Part shown: positions 30,472-39,629 of the stretch, piece by piece
How positions within the stretch are numbered: the stretch's first letter is position 1
How the letters are laid out: each line of letters starts with the position of its first letter
Notes under the pieces: generated by a model
What the model saw: only the letters and a program-made list of their open reading frames with translations
Told to the model about the DNA's origin: nothing
Database searches by the model: none
Source: Pseudobdellovibrionaceae bacterium
GTDB taxonomy: Bacteria; Bdellovibrionota; Bdellovibrionia; Bdellovibrionales; JAMPXM01
Reading direction: 5' to 3'
DNA: 64,000 nucleotides
NCBI GenBank assembly: GCA_021463345.1
Contig: JAJTYM010000008.1
Location: 22,468 to 86,467 of the forward strand
Program-made: the position numbers and the translations under genes

Positions 30472-33045
30472 TCAGGCGACGTCTTCGTCCTTGTCGGGGT
30501 CGTCGAAGGTGATTTCGAGGTCCGCTTCGCCCGGGGCGGGCGTCTCTTTGAGCACGAGGGAGCGGATATCGGTGCGGGTGCCGACGAAGGTCGCTTCGCT
30601 GTCGGTCTGCGGCTCGGTCCACGCCGGGCCGGGGTCGGGCTGCGGCGAAGCGAGGAACTGCGCGCCTCCTTCGCTCAGTTCGGGGACGCCCAGCTCGGGG
30701 GCGTTCGACTCGGGGACGCTCAGTTCGGAGGCGAGGTCGATTTGCGTCAACTGAAGCACCGGCTCGTCCGGCTCCGGCGCGACGAACGCGCTTTCGGGGT
30801 GGTCGTGGTTGCCGAAGTCGATATCGCCGGTGTTCTCGTCGTCCATCGCGACGACTCCGATCCCGATGCTGGACTCCGTCATCGTCACCTCGGCGCCGCT
30901 TTCGCTCAGGACCGGCGCGTCGGCGTGAGCGGCCGCGCGCGGCTCGTCGTATCGGCCGAGTTCCTTCGCCGTGTCCGTCTCATCCACTTCGACCGCGCCC
31001 GCCCCGCCTCCGCCGTAAAATTCGGCATAGTGCCCTTGCGCGAGAGGAGCGGTCATGAAGCCGAGCGCTTCGGTGTAGCCGTCGACGTCTTTTCTGATCC
31101 AATCGGCGAGATCGCGGGGGAATTCCCCCACGGGCCGGTCGCGGAAGAAGAAGGCCGGCAGAGGGGACTCGCCGTTGGAGTCGAGATCGTTGAGGTAGAA
31201 ACTGCGGCCCCACGCTTCGGGCACGACGCGTGAAAGCTCCGGGGGCGGGGAGATCGTCTCGGGCACGTCGACCTCGGTCATGCCGCACGCCCAGCAGGCT
31301 GTGCAGAGGAAACGCCAAACCTTGTGCGCCTCCTTGAGGAGATCCGGGACGCTGAAGCCGGCGACGCGGCCGATGTTCCCTTCCTGTTCCGTCATTTTCG
31401 CTGGACCGACGAGCTCGGAGTAGTCCTGCGGGAGCCAGGTGAGTTTGGCGATGTGCTCGCGGACCTCGGGGTGCATGCGCGCGACGACGCGACGGCGGAT
31501 CACGCTCAGCCAGGCGAGGCTGTCGGCGACCTTTTCGCGGATGGCCTGCAAGTCCTTCGTGATCCCGCATTCGGCCGGACGGTAATGCGGCCCGGTTTTG
31601 GCGAGGTCGCCGGTCGGGTCGATGAAGAAGAACGGGCGGAAGCAGGTATCGATGTACGCTTCGAGGAACGCGCCGTTGCCGGGGTCGTCGAGCTTGGCCT
31701 GCGCCATGAAGTGGTGCGCGTCTTTGGCGCGCCCGATGCTCATCGCGACCAAGCAGGCGGTGAAGTTATAATCGGCTCTCTCGGGAGAGAAGATCATCGC
31801 CGCGCGGATCAGGTCGTCGGCGAGGAACGAGCGGCCCTGCTGGTCGAGGTGAACCGAGGCCGCGCGCAACAGGGCCTCCGGATTGCCGCCGCGGAGGATT
31901 TCCCCCATGCAGGACGCGAGGCAGGCGGCCGAGGCGCGTTCCGGCTCGTCGTGGCTGAAGGGGGATTTCGTGAGCGCCCGGGCGAAGCCCTCGGCCCGCT
32001 CCATCTCGGCCTCGGGCGAGAGGGGGACCGAGCGGGCGCGCAGGAACGTGAAGAGCGCCCCGCGCTCGCCCCGCGCGGCGGTGTAACGGATCAAAGCGAG
32101 CAGGGCCGCCGCCGGCTTGTTCTCGTCCAGGTGTTTTTGATAAAGCCCGCGCCAGCGCTCAGCCGCGCCCGGCTCGTCTTTGGCCAGGCCCGCGGCCGCG
32201 AGATCCTCGGCGGCGGCGCGTTCGCCGAAATCGACGGAGAAGACCGAGTCGTTCCGGCGGTAGGTCCAAAGCCCCTGCGGGGCGCCGTCGTCGAAGCGGC
32301 CGCGCGCTTCCCAGGCGCCGTCGTAGAACAGATGGCCGTCGGGGAGGGTCTCGAGCGCCGGGCCGTTTTTCCGGCCTTCGCCGTCGTACGTCGCTTCGGA
32401 CTCGAGCGCTCCCGTTTCGGCATTGTACTCGCGGGCGACGCCGGTTTTCTTGCCGTGCGCGAACGGCTCTTCGAGCACGAGCGTGCCGCTCGCGGTCCAG
32501 GCGCGCCACAGGCCGTCCTTGACGGGCGGCTTGGCGCCGTCGTTGCCGAGCAGCCGGCCTTGCATCCAGATCCGTTTATGGTGGTCGAAGACGGCGTCGG
32601 CGGGAACGGTCGCCGGACGCGCCGGCAGGGGTTTGCCGTTCATCATGACTTCGTCGCCGTTCCAGTCGTAACAGGCTTGCGAAGTCGTGTTCCCCATGTC
32701 GTAACGGAAAACGATCATATGGATCTCGGGGGCGCAACCGTTCACGAAATTCTCGGTCGTCTCGCCTTTGGAGCGGAAGAAGACGCGTTCGCCGTGGAGT
32801 TGCCCGTCGACGAATCTGCCGCTTTGCGAGACTTCGCCCGTTTCATGGTAGCGCAGGAATGGACCGTTCGGCCGATCGTCCTTGAAATGGCATTGGTTGA
32901 CGAGCGAGCCGTCCGCGCGCCAGTAGGTGAAGGGGCCTTGCTTGCGCCCGTTGGCGTCGAGTTCGCCGCATTCCCATTCCTGATCGCCCGCGATCCAGCG
33001 GGCTTCGGCGGGGACGGTCGGCGGGCGTTGCGGCGCTGGCGGCAT
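30472..33045 (-). CDS. Large multidomain protein: N-terminal MORN/YwqK-type repeats, central unknown (partly TPR-like) region, acidic disordered C-terminus
   Basis: 857 aa from the ATG at 33045, with SD GGAGGA 8 nt upstream. Repeated G.K.GP..Y.. .G.L motifs include RKQGPFTYWRADGSL, RPNGPFLRYHETGEV, KDGLWRAWTASGTL and KKTGVAREYNAETGAL. The C-terminal ~200 aa are rich in D, E and P. Confidence 0.7.
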   Translation of the reverse strand: MPPAPQRPPTVPAEARWIAGDQEWECGELDANGRKQGPFTYWRADGSLVNQCHFKDDRPNGPFLRYHETGEVSQSGRFVDGQLHGERVFFRSKGETTENFVNGCAPEIHMIVFRYDMGNTTSQACYDWNGDEVMMNGKPLPARPATVPADAVFDHHKRIWMQGRLLGNDGAKPPVKDGLWRAWTASGTLVLEEPFAHGKKTGVAREYNAETGALESEATYDGEGRKNGPALETLPDGHLFYDGAWEARGRFDDGAPQGLWTYRRNDSVFSVDFGERAAAEDLAAAGLAKDEPGAAERWRGLYQKHLDENKPAAALLALIRYTAARGERGALFTFLRARSVPLSPEAEMERAEGFARALTKSPFSHDEPERASAACLASCMGEILRGGNPEALLRAASVHLDQQGRSFLADDLIRAAMIFSPERADYNFTACLVAMSIGRAKDAHHFMAQAKLDDPGNGAFLEAYIDTCFRPFFFIDPTGDLAKTGPHYRPAECGITKDLQAIREKVADSLAWLSVIRRRVVARMHPEVREHIAKLTWLPQDYSELVGPAKMTEQEGNIGRVAGFSVPDLLKEAHKVWRFLCTACWACGMTEVDVPETISPPPELSRVVPEAWGRSFYLNDLDSNGESPLPAFFFRDRPVGEFPRDLADWIRKDVDGYTEALGFMTAPLAQGHYAEFYGGGGAGAVEVDETDTAKELGRYDEPRAAAHADAPVLSESGAEVTMTESSIGIGVVAMDDENTGDIDFGNHDHPESAFVAPEPDEPVLQLTQIDLASELSVPESNAPELGVPELSEGGAQFLASPQPDPGPAWTEPQTDSEATFVGTRTDIRSLVLKETPAPGEADLEITFDDPDKDEDVA

Positions 33046-33322
33046 TGTGAAATCCTCCAAGGGAGCGTGATACCGTCCGGCTCGTCGGAGTTCGGGTGGG
33101 AGACCTTGATACGCAAATGATTTTGACGTGGCGCATGCGGGATGGCAGTTTGACGTTGGGTCTCGGTCCGATCCAGATTTGCGTTCGGCGCCTCGGCTTT
33201 GGTCTTGTTTTTGCGCGGCTTTTTCCTGAGTTCGCCGAAAGGAGACGAGAGGCCGATTTTCACCAAGACCGGCCGGCACCTGAGCTGGGACTATATTGAT
33301 CTGGAACTACTGAGCTGGGACC

Positions 33323-35830
33323 ATGGGCAACAAGACGAAGCTCGGCGACAAACGCAACGGATCCAAATTCCCGGGCGGCGGCGGCGGCCCCAAGCCGCAT
33401 TCCCGCGAATCGATGCAGCGCCGCGCGAAATACATCGATCATTCGCTCGAGTTCCTGAACTGGGTCAACGAACTCGGCTTCGAACGCACCTGGCTCGGGC
33501 GCACGGCGCAACGGCTCGACGAGATATTCCGCGTGCGCCGCCTTTCGCTGCTCTTCCTGTTCGGGCTCGCGCTCTCGTTCCTCATGTTCTTCGACTTCGA
33601 CCTCTCGTATTCCTACCGCGTGGGCGACAAAGCCGTGCGCGACATCAAGTCGCCGATGAGCTTCGAGATCGTCGACGAGGTTTCGACCGAGGAGAAGCGG
33701 CGCTCCGCCGAGTCCGCGGTCCCGCTCGTTTTCGATTACGATCGCGCGGTTTTCGACGACACCTATAACCGCATCTACTCCGGTTTCCGCCGCATGCGCG
33801 ACGAGATCCGCCAGGTCGCTTGGCAGCGCGACGATTTCGCGCGCGAGGAGCAGGTGCGCGGCTTTTTCAAATTCAAGCCGCAGTTCGATTCCGCCCTCGG
33901 CCGCCCCGTGAGCGACCGGCATTTCGAGTGGCTCGCGCATCAGAAGTTCTCGCCGCGCATCGAAAACCTCGTCGTCGAGGTGCTCGAGAGCTGGTCCGGT
34001 TACAAGATGGTCGAGGGCGTCGACCGCCTGATCCCGGCCGAGGTGAAAACGGTCGCGCTCCGTGAGCTGTCGCGCGGCGGCCCGGGCCGCGAAACCGTCC
34101 TGCCGACGCGCGAGGTGCGCGACCTGCTGCGGGAAGAGGACTTCCGTCCCGAGCGGGCGCAGGCCCTCAAGGGCCTGCGCGGGCCCGACCAGCGCGCGCT
34201 CGTCCACTTCGCGCGGTCGTTGCTCACGCCGAACATCACGCTCAACAAACAGGAGATGGAGGTCCGCAAGCAGCGGGCCCGCGACCAGGTGCTCCCGGTC
34301 GTGATCGCCATCAAGCGCAACCAGGTGATCGTGTCCGAAGGCGTCGTGATCCAGCCGGTCCACGCCGCCCTCCTGCGCGAGATCGAGAACCAACGCTCGC
34401 ACCGCAACCGGAATTTCACGGCGCTCATGAGCGCGCTCCTGATCGTGACCTTCCTGCTCGTGTTCTTCTCCTATCTCCGCCGTTTCACGCTCAACCGCGT
34501 GCGGGTGGAGAGCAAGGACATCGCGATCATGGGCACGGTCATGGTCGTCGTCGTCACGATCACCAAGATCTTCATGTTCCTGATGAACGCCGCGTTCGCC
34601 GGCCGTTTCGGCTCCGTGATCCCGGAGGCCGCGCCGCTCTTCGCCGCGCCCGTCGCCGCGGGCGCGATGCTGACGGGTCTCCTGATCGTCTCGGGCGAGC
34701 TCGTCTGGGGTTTCGTCGTCTTCCAGGCCGCGGTCATGGGGATCATGTTCGACATGAAGATGTCGTTCGTGCTGGTGACGATCGTCGGGGGCCTGGCCGC
34801 CGCCCGCGGGGTGTACGCCTGCAAGACGCGCAACGACATCTACAGGGCCGGCCTGCGGGCGGGCCTCGTCAACGCGTTGACGATCGCGCTCGTGCTCACG
34901 GTGGAGCGTTTCGGCGACGACACGTTCCTGCGCCAGCTCGCGTGGTGCGCGCCGGCGGGGATGCTGTCCGGCGTCCTTTCTTCGTTGGTCGCGATGATGC
35001 TCGTGCCGCTGCTGGAGACGCTCTTCAACGCCACCACGGACGTCAAGCTGCTCGAGCTCTCCAACCTCAACCATCCGCTCCTCAAGGAGATGGTCGTCAA
35101 GGCGCCCGGCACGTACCATCACTCGCTCGTCGTCGGCTCGATGGTGGAGAGCGCGGCCGAGGAGATCGGCGCGAACCCCCTGTTGGCCAAAGTCATGTCG
35201 TATTACCACGACATCGGCAAGACGGAGCACGCGGCCTACTTCATAGAGAACCAGAAGCCGGGGCACAACCCGCACGACCACCTGAGCCCGCACATGAGCA
35301 AGACGATCCTCATCGCGCACGTCAAGGACGGCGTTGAGCTGGGTTTGCAGCACAAACTCGGCAAGCCGATCATCGACGGCATCGTCCAGCACCACGGGAC
35401 GACGTTGATCGCGTTTTTCTACAATCGCGCGCTCGAAGGCCAGGACGAATCGATCGACTCGGTCTCGGAGGACGCGTTCCGTTACCCGGGGCCGAGGCCC
35501 CAGTTCCGCGAAGCCGCGCTCATCATGCTCGCGGACTCGATCGAGGCCGCGTCGCGCTCGCTCGACGAGCCGACGCCGGTGCGCCTGCAGAACATCGTCA
35601 AGAACATCATCCAACGCAAGTTCATGGACGGGCAGCTCGACGAGTGCAACCTGACCCTCAAGGATCTCATGCTCATCGAGGAAGCCTTCATCCGCATCCT
35701 GCTCGGCATCTACCATCAGCGCATCGATTACCCGAGGAAAGCCGGCGGAGGGGCGGGCGACCGGCCTCCGGGCCCGTCCGCGCCGCCACCGCTCAAGTCC
35801 GGCGCGCGCAAAGGGCCGGCGACCGCATGA
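33323..35830 (+). CDS. pgpH: 7TM-receptor HD-domain phosphohydrolase (PgpH/YqfF family)
   Basis: 835 aa with an extracellular 7TMR-HDED region, 7 TM segments and an HD domain (HHSLVVGSMVE...YYHDIGK...HH). The conserved pgpH-ybeY linkage is present. Confidence 0.9.
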   Translation: MGNKTKLGDKRNGSKFPGGGGGPKPHSRESMQRRAKYIDHSLEFLNWVNELGFERTWLGRTAQRLDEIFRVRRLSLLFLFGLALSFLMFFDFDLSYSYRVGDKAVRDIKSPMSFEIVDEVSTEEKRRSAESAVPLVFDYDRAVFDDTYNRIYSGFRRMRDEIRQVAWQRDDFAREEQVRGFFKFKPQFDSALGRPVSDRHFEWLAHQKFSPRIENLVVEVLESWSGYKMVEGVDRLIPAEVKTVALRELSRGGPGRETVLPTREVRDLLREEDFRPERAQALKGLRGPDQRALVHFARSLLTPNITLNKQEMEVRKQRARDQVLPVVIAIKRNQVIVSEGVVIQPVHAALLREIENQRSHRNRNFTALMSALLIVTFLLVFFSYLRRFTLNRVRVESKDIAIMGTVMVVVVTITKIFMFLMNAAFAGRFGSVIPEAAPLFAAPVAAGAMLTGLLIVSGELVWGFVVFQAAVMGIMFDMKMSFVLVTIVGGLAAARGVYACKTRNDIYRAGLRAGLVNALTIALVLTVERFGDDTFLRQLAWCAPAGMLSGVLSSLVAMMLVPLLETLFNATTDVKLLELSNLNHPLLKEMVVKAPGTYHHSLVVGSMVESAAEEIGANPLLAKVMSYYHDIGKTEHAAYFIENQKPGHNPHDHLSPHMSKTILIAHVKDGVELGLQHKLGKPIIDGIVQHHGTTLIAFFYNRALEGQDESIDSVSEDAFRYPGPRPQFREAALIMLADSIEAASRSLDEPTPVRLQNIVKNIIQRKFMDGQLDECNLTLKDLMLIEEAFIRILLGIYHQRIDYPRKAGGGAGDRPPGPSAPPPLKSGARKGPATA

Positions 35831-36309
35831 GGCCCGAGATCGTGAACCGGTCCGGGACCCGCGTGCCGCGGCGGTTCCTGGAGGCTTGGGTGGCGGGCTT
35901 GACCCGAAACCTCGGGCGAGCCGCCGGCCGCGTTCGCGGCAAAGAACTGGGTTTGATTTTCCTGAAGCCCGGAGAGGCCCGCCGGCTGAACAAGACCTGC
36001 CGCGGCAGGGATTACGCCACCGACGTTCTGAGTTTCGAGGGCGATGGGCGGCATATGCTCGGCGAGCTCGTGTTTTGCCCTGAAGTGCTCCAGCGGCAGG
36101 CGAAGGAGCACGGGTTGGCTTACAGGGAAGAGCTCGGCTACATGGTCATTCACGGCGTCCTCCACCTCCTGGGGTACGACCACGAGAGCGGTTCCGCCGA
36201 GGCGCGCCGCATGTATGCTCTCCAGGACCGGATCTTTGAGCGCTTGTGCGAGCCCCCTGAAACTGCTAAATCTGGATTTTCGCGCATCGCCAAACGTTCT
36301 CGCCGCTGA
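35827..36309 (+). CDS. ybeY: rRNA maturation RNase YbeY
   Basis: The zinc motif is HGVLHLLGYDH, with TDVLSF upstream. Its ATG overlaps the pgpH stop (ATGA). Confidence 0.9.
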   Translation: MRPEIVNRSGTRVPRRFLEAWVAGLTRNLGRAAGRVRGKELGLIFLKPGEARRLNKTCRGRDYATDVLSFEGDGRHMLGELVFCPEVLQRQAKEHGLAYREELGYMVIHGVLHLLGYDHESGSAEARRMYALQDRIFERLCEPPETAKSGFSRIAKRSRR

Positions 36310-36360
36310 ACGAGCGGCGCGGATCATGATTCAGGATGGATGGAAAGAGCGAGGGGATAG

Positions 36361-37495
36361 ATGGGAATCGCGACTGAGCTTTCGGATGTGAAGGGCCGTT
36401 TGAGCGTCGTTCAGGCGCGTGCCGACGAACTCCGGAGGTATCTTTGACATCGAGATGAAGGAAAAGCGGCTGCAGCAGCTCATCCTGCAGTCGGAGAACC
36501 CGGATCTCTGGAGCAAGCCCGGGGAGATGCAGAAGATCAACAAAGAGAAGGCGTTGGTCGAGAAGTCGGTCAACGACTGGAAGGGCTTGAAGTCGCGCGC
36601 CGATGACGCCTCCGTCCTGCTCGAGATGGCGGTCGAGGCCGGCGACGAGGAGACGTTCGCCGAGGCGAAAACCGAGATCGTCGCGCTCGAGGCGCTCGCC
36701 GGCGAACTCGAGATCAAGAAAATGCTCAGCGGCGAGCTCGATCCCAACGGCTGCTACGTCTCGATCAACGCCGGGGCCGGCGGCACTGAGGCGCAGGACT
36801 GGGCCGAGATGCTGTTCCGCATGTACGTCCGTTACGCCGAACATCACGGCTACAAACCGTCCGTGCTCGAGCGGACCGAAGGGGAGGGGGCCGGCATCAA
36901 GTCGGCCACGCTCCTCATCGAAGGGGCGTACGCGTACGGGTACCTGAAGGCCGAAAGCGGCGTGCATCGCCTCGTGCGGATATCCCCCTACGATTCGAAC
37001 GCGCGCCGGCACACGAGCTTCTCGTCGGTGTTCTGTTGGGCGGAAGTCGACGACGACATCCATGTCGAAGTGGACATGGCGGACGTCGAGGTCGATACGT
37101 ACCGCTCCTCCGGGGCCGGCGGGCAGCACGTCAACAAGACCGATTCCGCCGTGCGCATGCGCCACATCCCCTCGGGCATCGTCGTGCAGTGCCAGAACGA
37201 GCGTTCGCAGCACGCCAACCGCGACAAGGCGCTCAAGATGCTCAAAGCCGCGCTCTACGAGCGCGAAATCGAGAAGCGCAACGCCGAGAAAGACGCGATG
37301 AACGCGACCAAGAAGGCCAACGAGTGGGGCTCGCAGATCCGCTCGTACGTCATGCACCCGTACCAACTCGTCAAGGACCACCGCACGAACCACGAGACGA
37401 GCCAAGTGCACGCGGTGATGGACGGCGAGCTCGACGATTTCATTTACGCGTACCTGCGCTCGACGACGGCCGCGGAGCCGCAAAAGGGGGCGTGA
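36361..37495 (+). CDS. prfB: Peptide chain release factor 2, requiring a programmed +1 frameshift (36361..36444 joined to 36446..37495)
   Basis: Frame 0 (MGIATELSDVKGRLSVVQARADELRRYL) ends at an in-frame TGA. The +1 frame continues DIEMKEKRLQQL... and contains SPF-like and GGQ motifs (RSSGAGGQHVNKTDSA). Confidence 0.95.
36433..36447 (+). promoter_or_regulatory. prfB autoregulatory +1 frameshift site
   Basis: CGG AGG TAT CTT TGA C: an internal SD-like GGAGG lies 3 nt upstream of the slippery CTT followed by TGA C, matching the canonical RF2 site. Confidence 0.9.
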
Positions 37496-37499
37496 GGAC

Positions 37500-38715
37500 G
37501 TGTTTCACGCCTGGCTCACGTTCCGCTTCGTGACCTCGGGCCGGCGACTGCTGTCGATGGCGTCCCTGCTTTCGCTCCTCGGCATGACGATCGGGGTGGC
37601 GAGCTTGACGGTGGCGATGGGCGTGGTCGCCGGGTTCGAGGCGACGCTCACCAAATCGGTGCAGGACGTCTACGGGCACTTGCTGATCCTGCGCCGCTCG
37701 GCCCGCGTGGACACGGTCGAGTCCCTCTTCGAGCAGGTCAAGGGCGTTGTTCCCCAGGCGGTCGCGTACACCCCGGTCCTCGACGTGAAAGCGCTGCTCG
37801 CGCGCGACGGCAAGATCACCTACGTGTCCGTCCAGGGCGTCGAACCCGACACGGTCGGCGAGGTCCTCGACATCGGGCCGCGCGTGATCGCGGGCGCGCT
37901 CGATTTCCTGCCGCGCGTCGGGCGGCCGGCGGCCATGATCGGGAAGGGGATCGCGCGCAAGTTTGCCCTCGCGCCCGGCGATTCATTCAAGATCGTCGTG
38001 CCCAAGCCCGCGCGCGAGGACTCCACGGCCTTCGAGCCGATCGTCCGCGAACTCGTCGTCACCGGCGTCTTGGACCTCGGCAAAAACGATTACGACGAGC
38101 ATTTCGTCGTCACCGATCTCGCCTCCGCGCAGGACATGGCCGCGGTCAAGGGCGGCATCTCGGGCATCCGCGTGAAGCTGAGCGATCCGCTGTTCGCGCG
38201 GGATGCCGCCGTCAGGCTCGAGCGGGAGTTGGGACCGGGGGCCTTCGCCGCGAGCTGGTACGACGTGAACGAGAACCTGTTCGAGGCGATCAAATACGAG
38301 CGGCCGGTGCTTTTCGTCGTCCTGCTGGTGATGGTGGTCGCGGCGAGCTTCAACATCAGCTCGAACCTGCTCGTCAGCGTGTTGCGCAAATACTCGGACA
38401 TCTCGATCCTGCGGGCCATGGGTTTCGCGCGGAAGGACGTCCTGAAGGTGTTCACGATCCACGGTTTGATCCTGGGGGCGATCGGCACGGCGGCGGGCAT
38501 CCTCCTGGGCCTCGTGCTCGCGTGGATCTTCGTTTGGGCGCAGGCGCGCTGGGTGCTGATGCCGGCCGACGTCTACAAAATCGATCACGTGGGCGTTTCG
38601 TTCCGCTTCGTCGACGTCGCCGCGGTCGTGGCCGCGTCGTTCCTGGTCTCGCTCGCGTCGACGTTCGTTCCGGCGTTCCGCGGCTCGCGCTTGGACCCGG
38701 TGGAGGGATTGCGCT

Positions 38716-38723
<8 letters not shown>
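37500..38723 (+). CDS. Lipoprotein-releasing system permease (LolC/LolE family)
   Basis: 407 aa. It has MacB/FtsX topology: TM1, a large periplasmic domain, then 3 TM segments. The N-terminus is WLTFRFV.SGRR....SLLSLLGMTIGVASL. Confidence 0.85.
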
Positions 38724-39453
<730 letters not shown>

Positions 39454-39553
39454 GCGCTCGTCTCTGACCGCTTTCTGCGGAACCGCGTCTTCGCCTCTGC
39501 CGACTTTGCGGGCAGGTCGCGGTTTATCTCGGCAGCGGCGTTCCCTAGAGCTT

Positions 39554-39582
39554 TTGACAACGTTCAGGAATCGCGTTAGGCT
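39554..39582 (+). promoter_or_regulatory. Putative sigma70-type promoter upstream of bamA
   Basis: TTGACA (39554-39559), a 17-nt spacer, then TAGGCT (39577-39582), in an AT-richer intergenic stretch. Confidence 0.3.
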
Positions 39583-39629
39583 TCATGCGAAATCTTTTAA
39601 CCTCTTTAAATAACTAAGGAATTCAGCTG

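Noticed and set aside
33143-33159. TGGCAG-N5-CGTTGG, resembling a sigma-54 -24/-12 promoter upstream of pgpH.
   Set aside because: The -12 element lacks the conserved GC at the required GG-N10-GC spacing.
33260-35716. An 818-aa minus-strand ORF opposite pgpH. Similar shadows lie opposite bamA (39873..42389), lpxA-lpxB (43462..45918), DUF3108/GT9 (48764..51721), pilC/pilS (59070..61781), pilB (56686..58152) and murJ (25208..26449).
   Set aside because: All are antisense shadows of well-supported genes. Their composition is dominated by R, D, E, G, V and H, they have no recognisable domains, and their boundaries track the sense genes.
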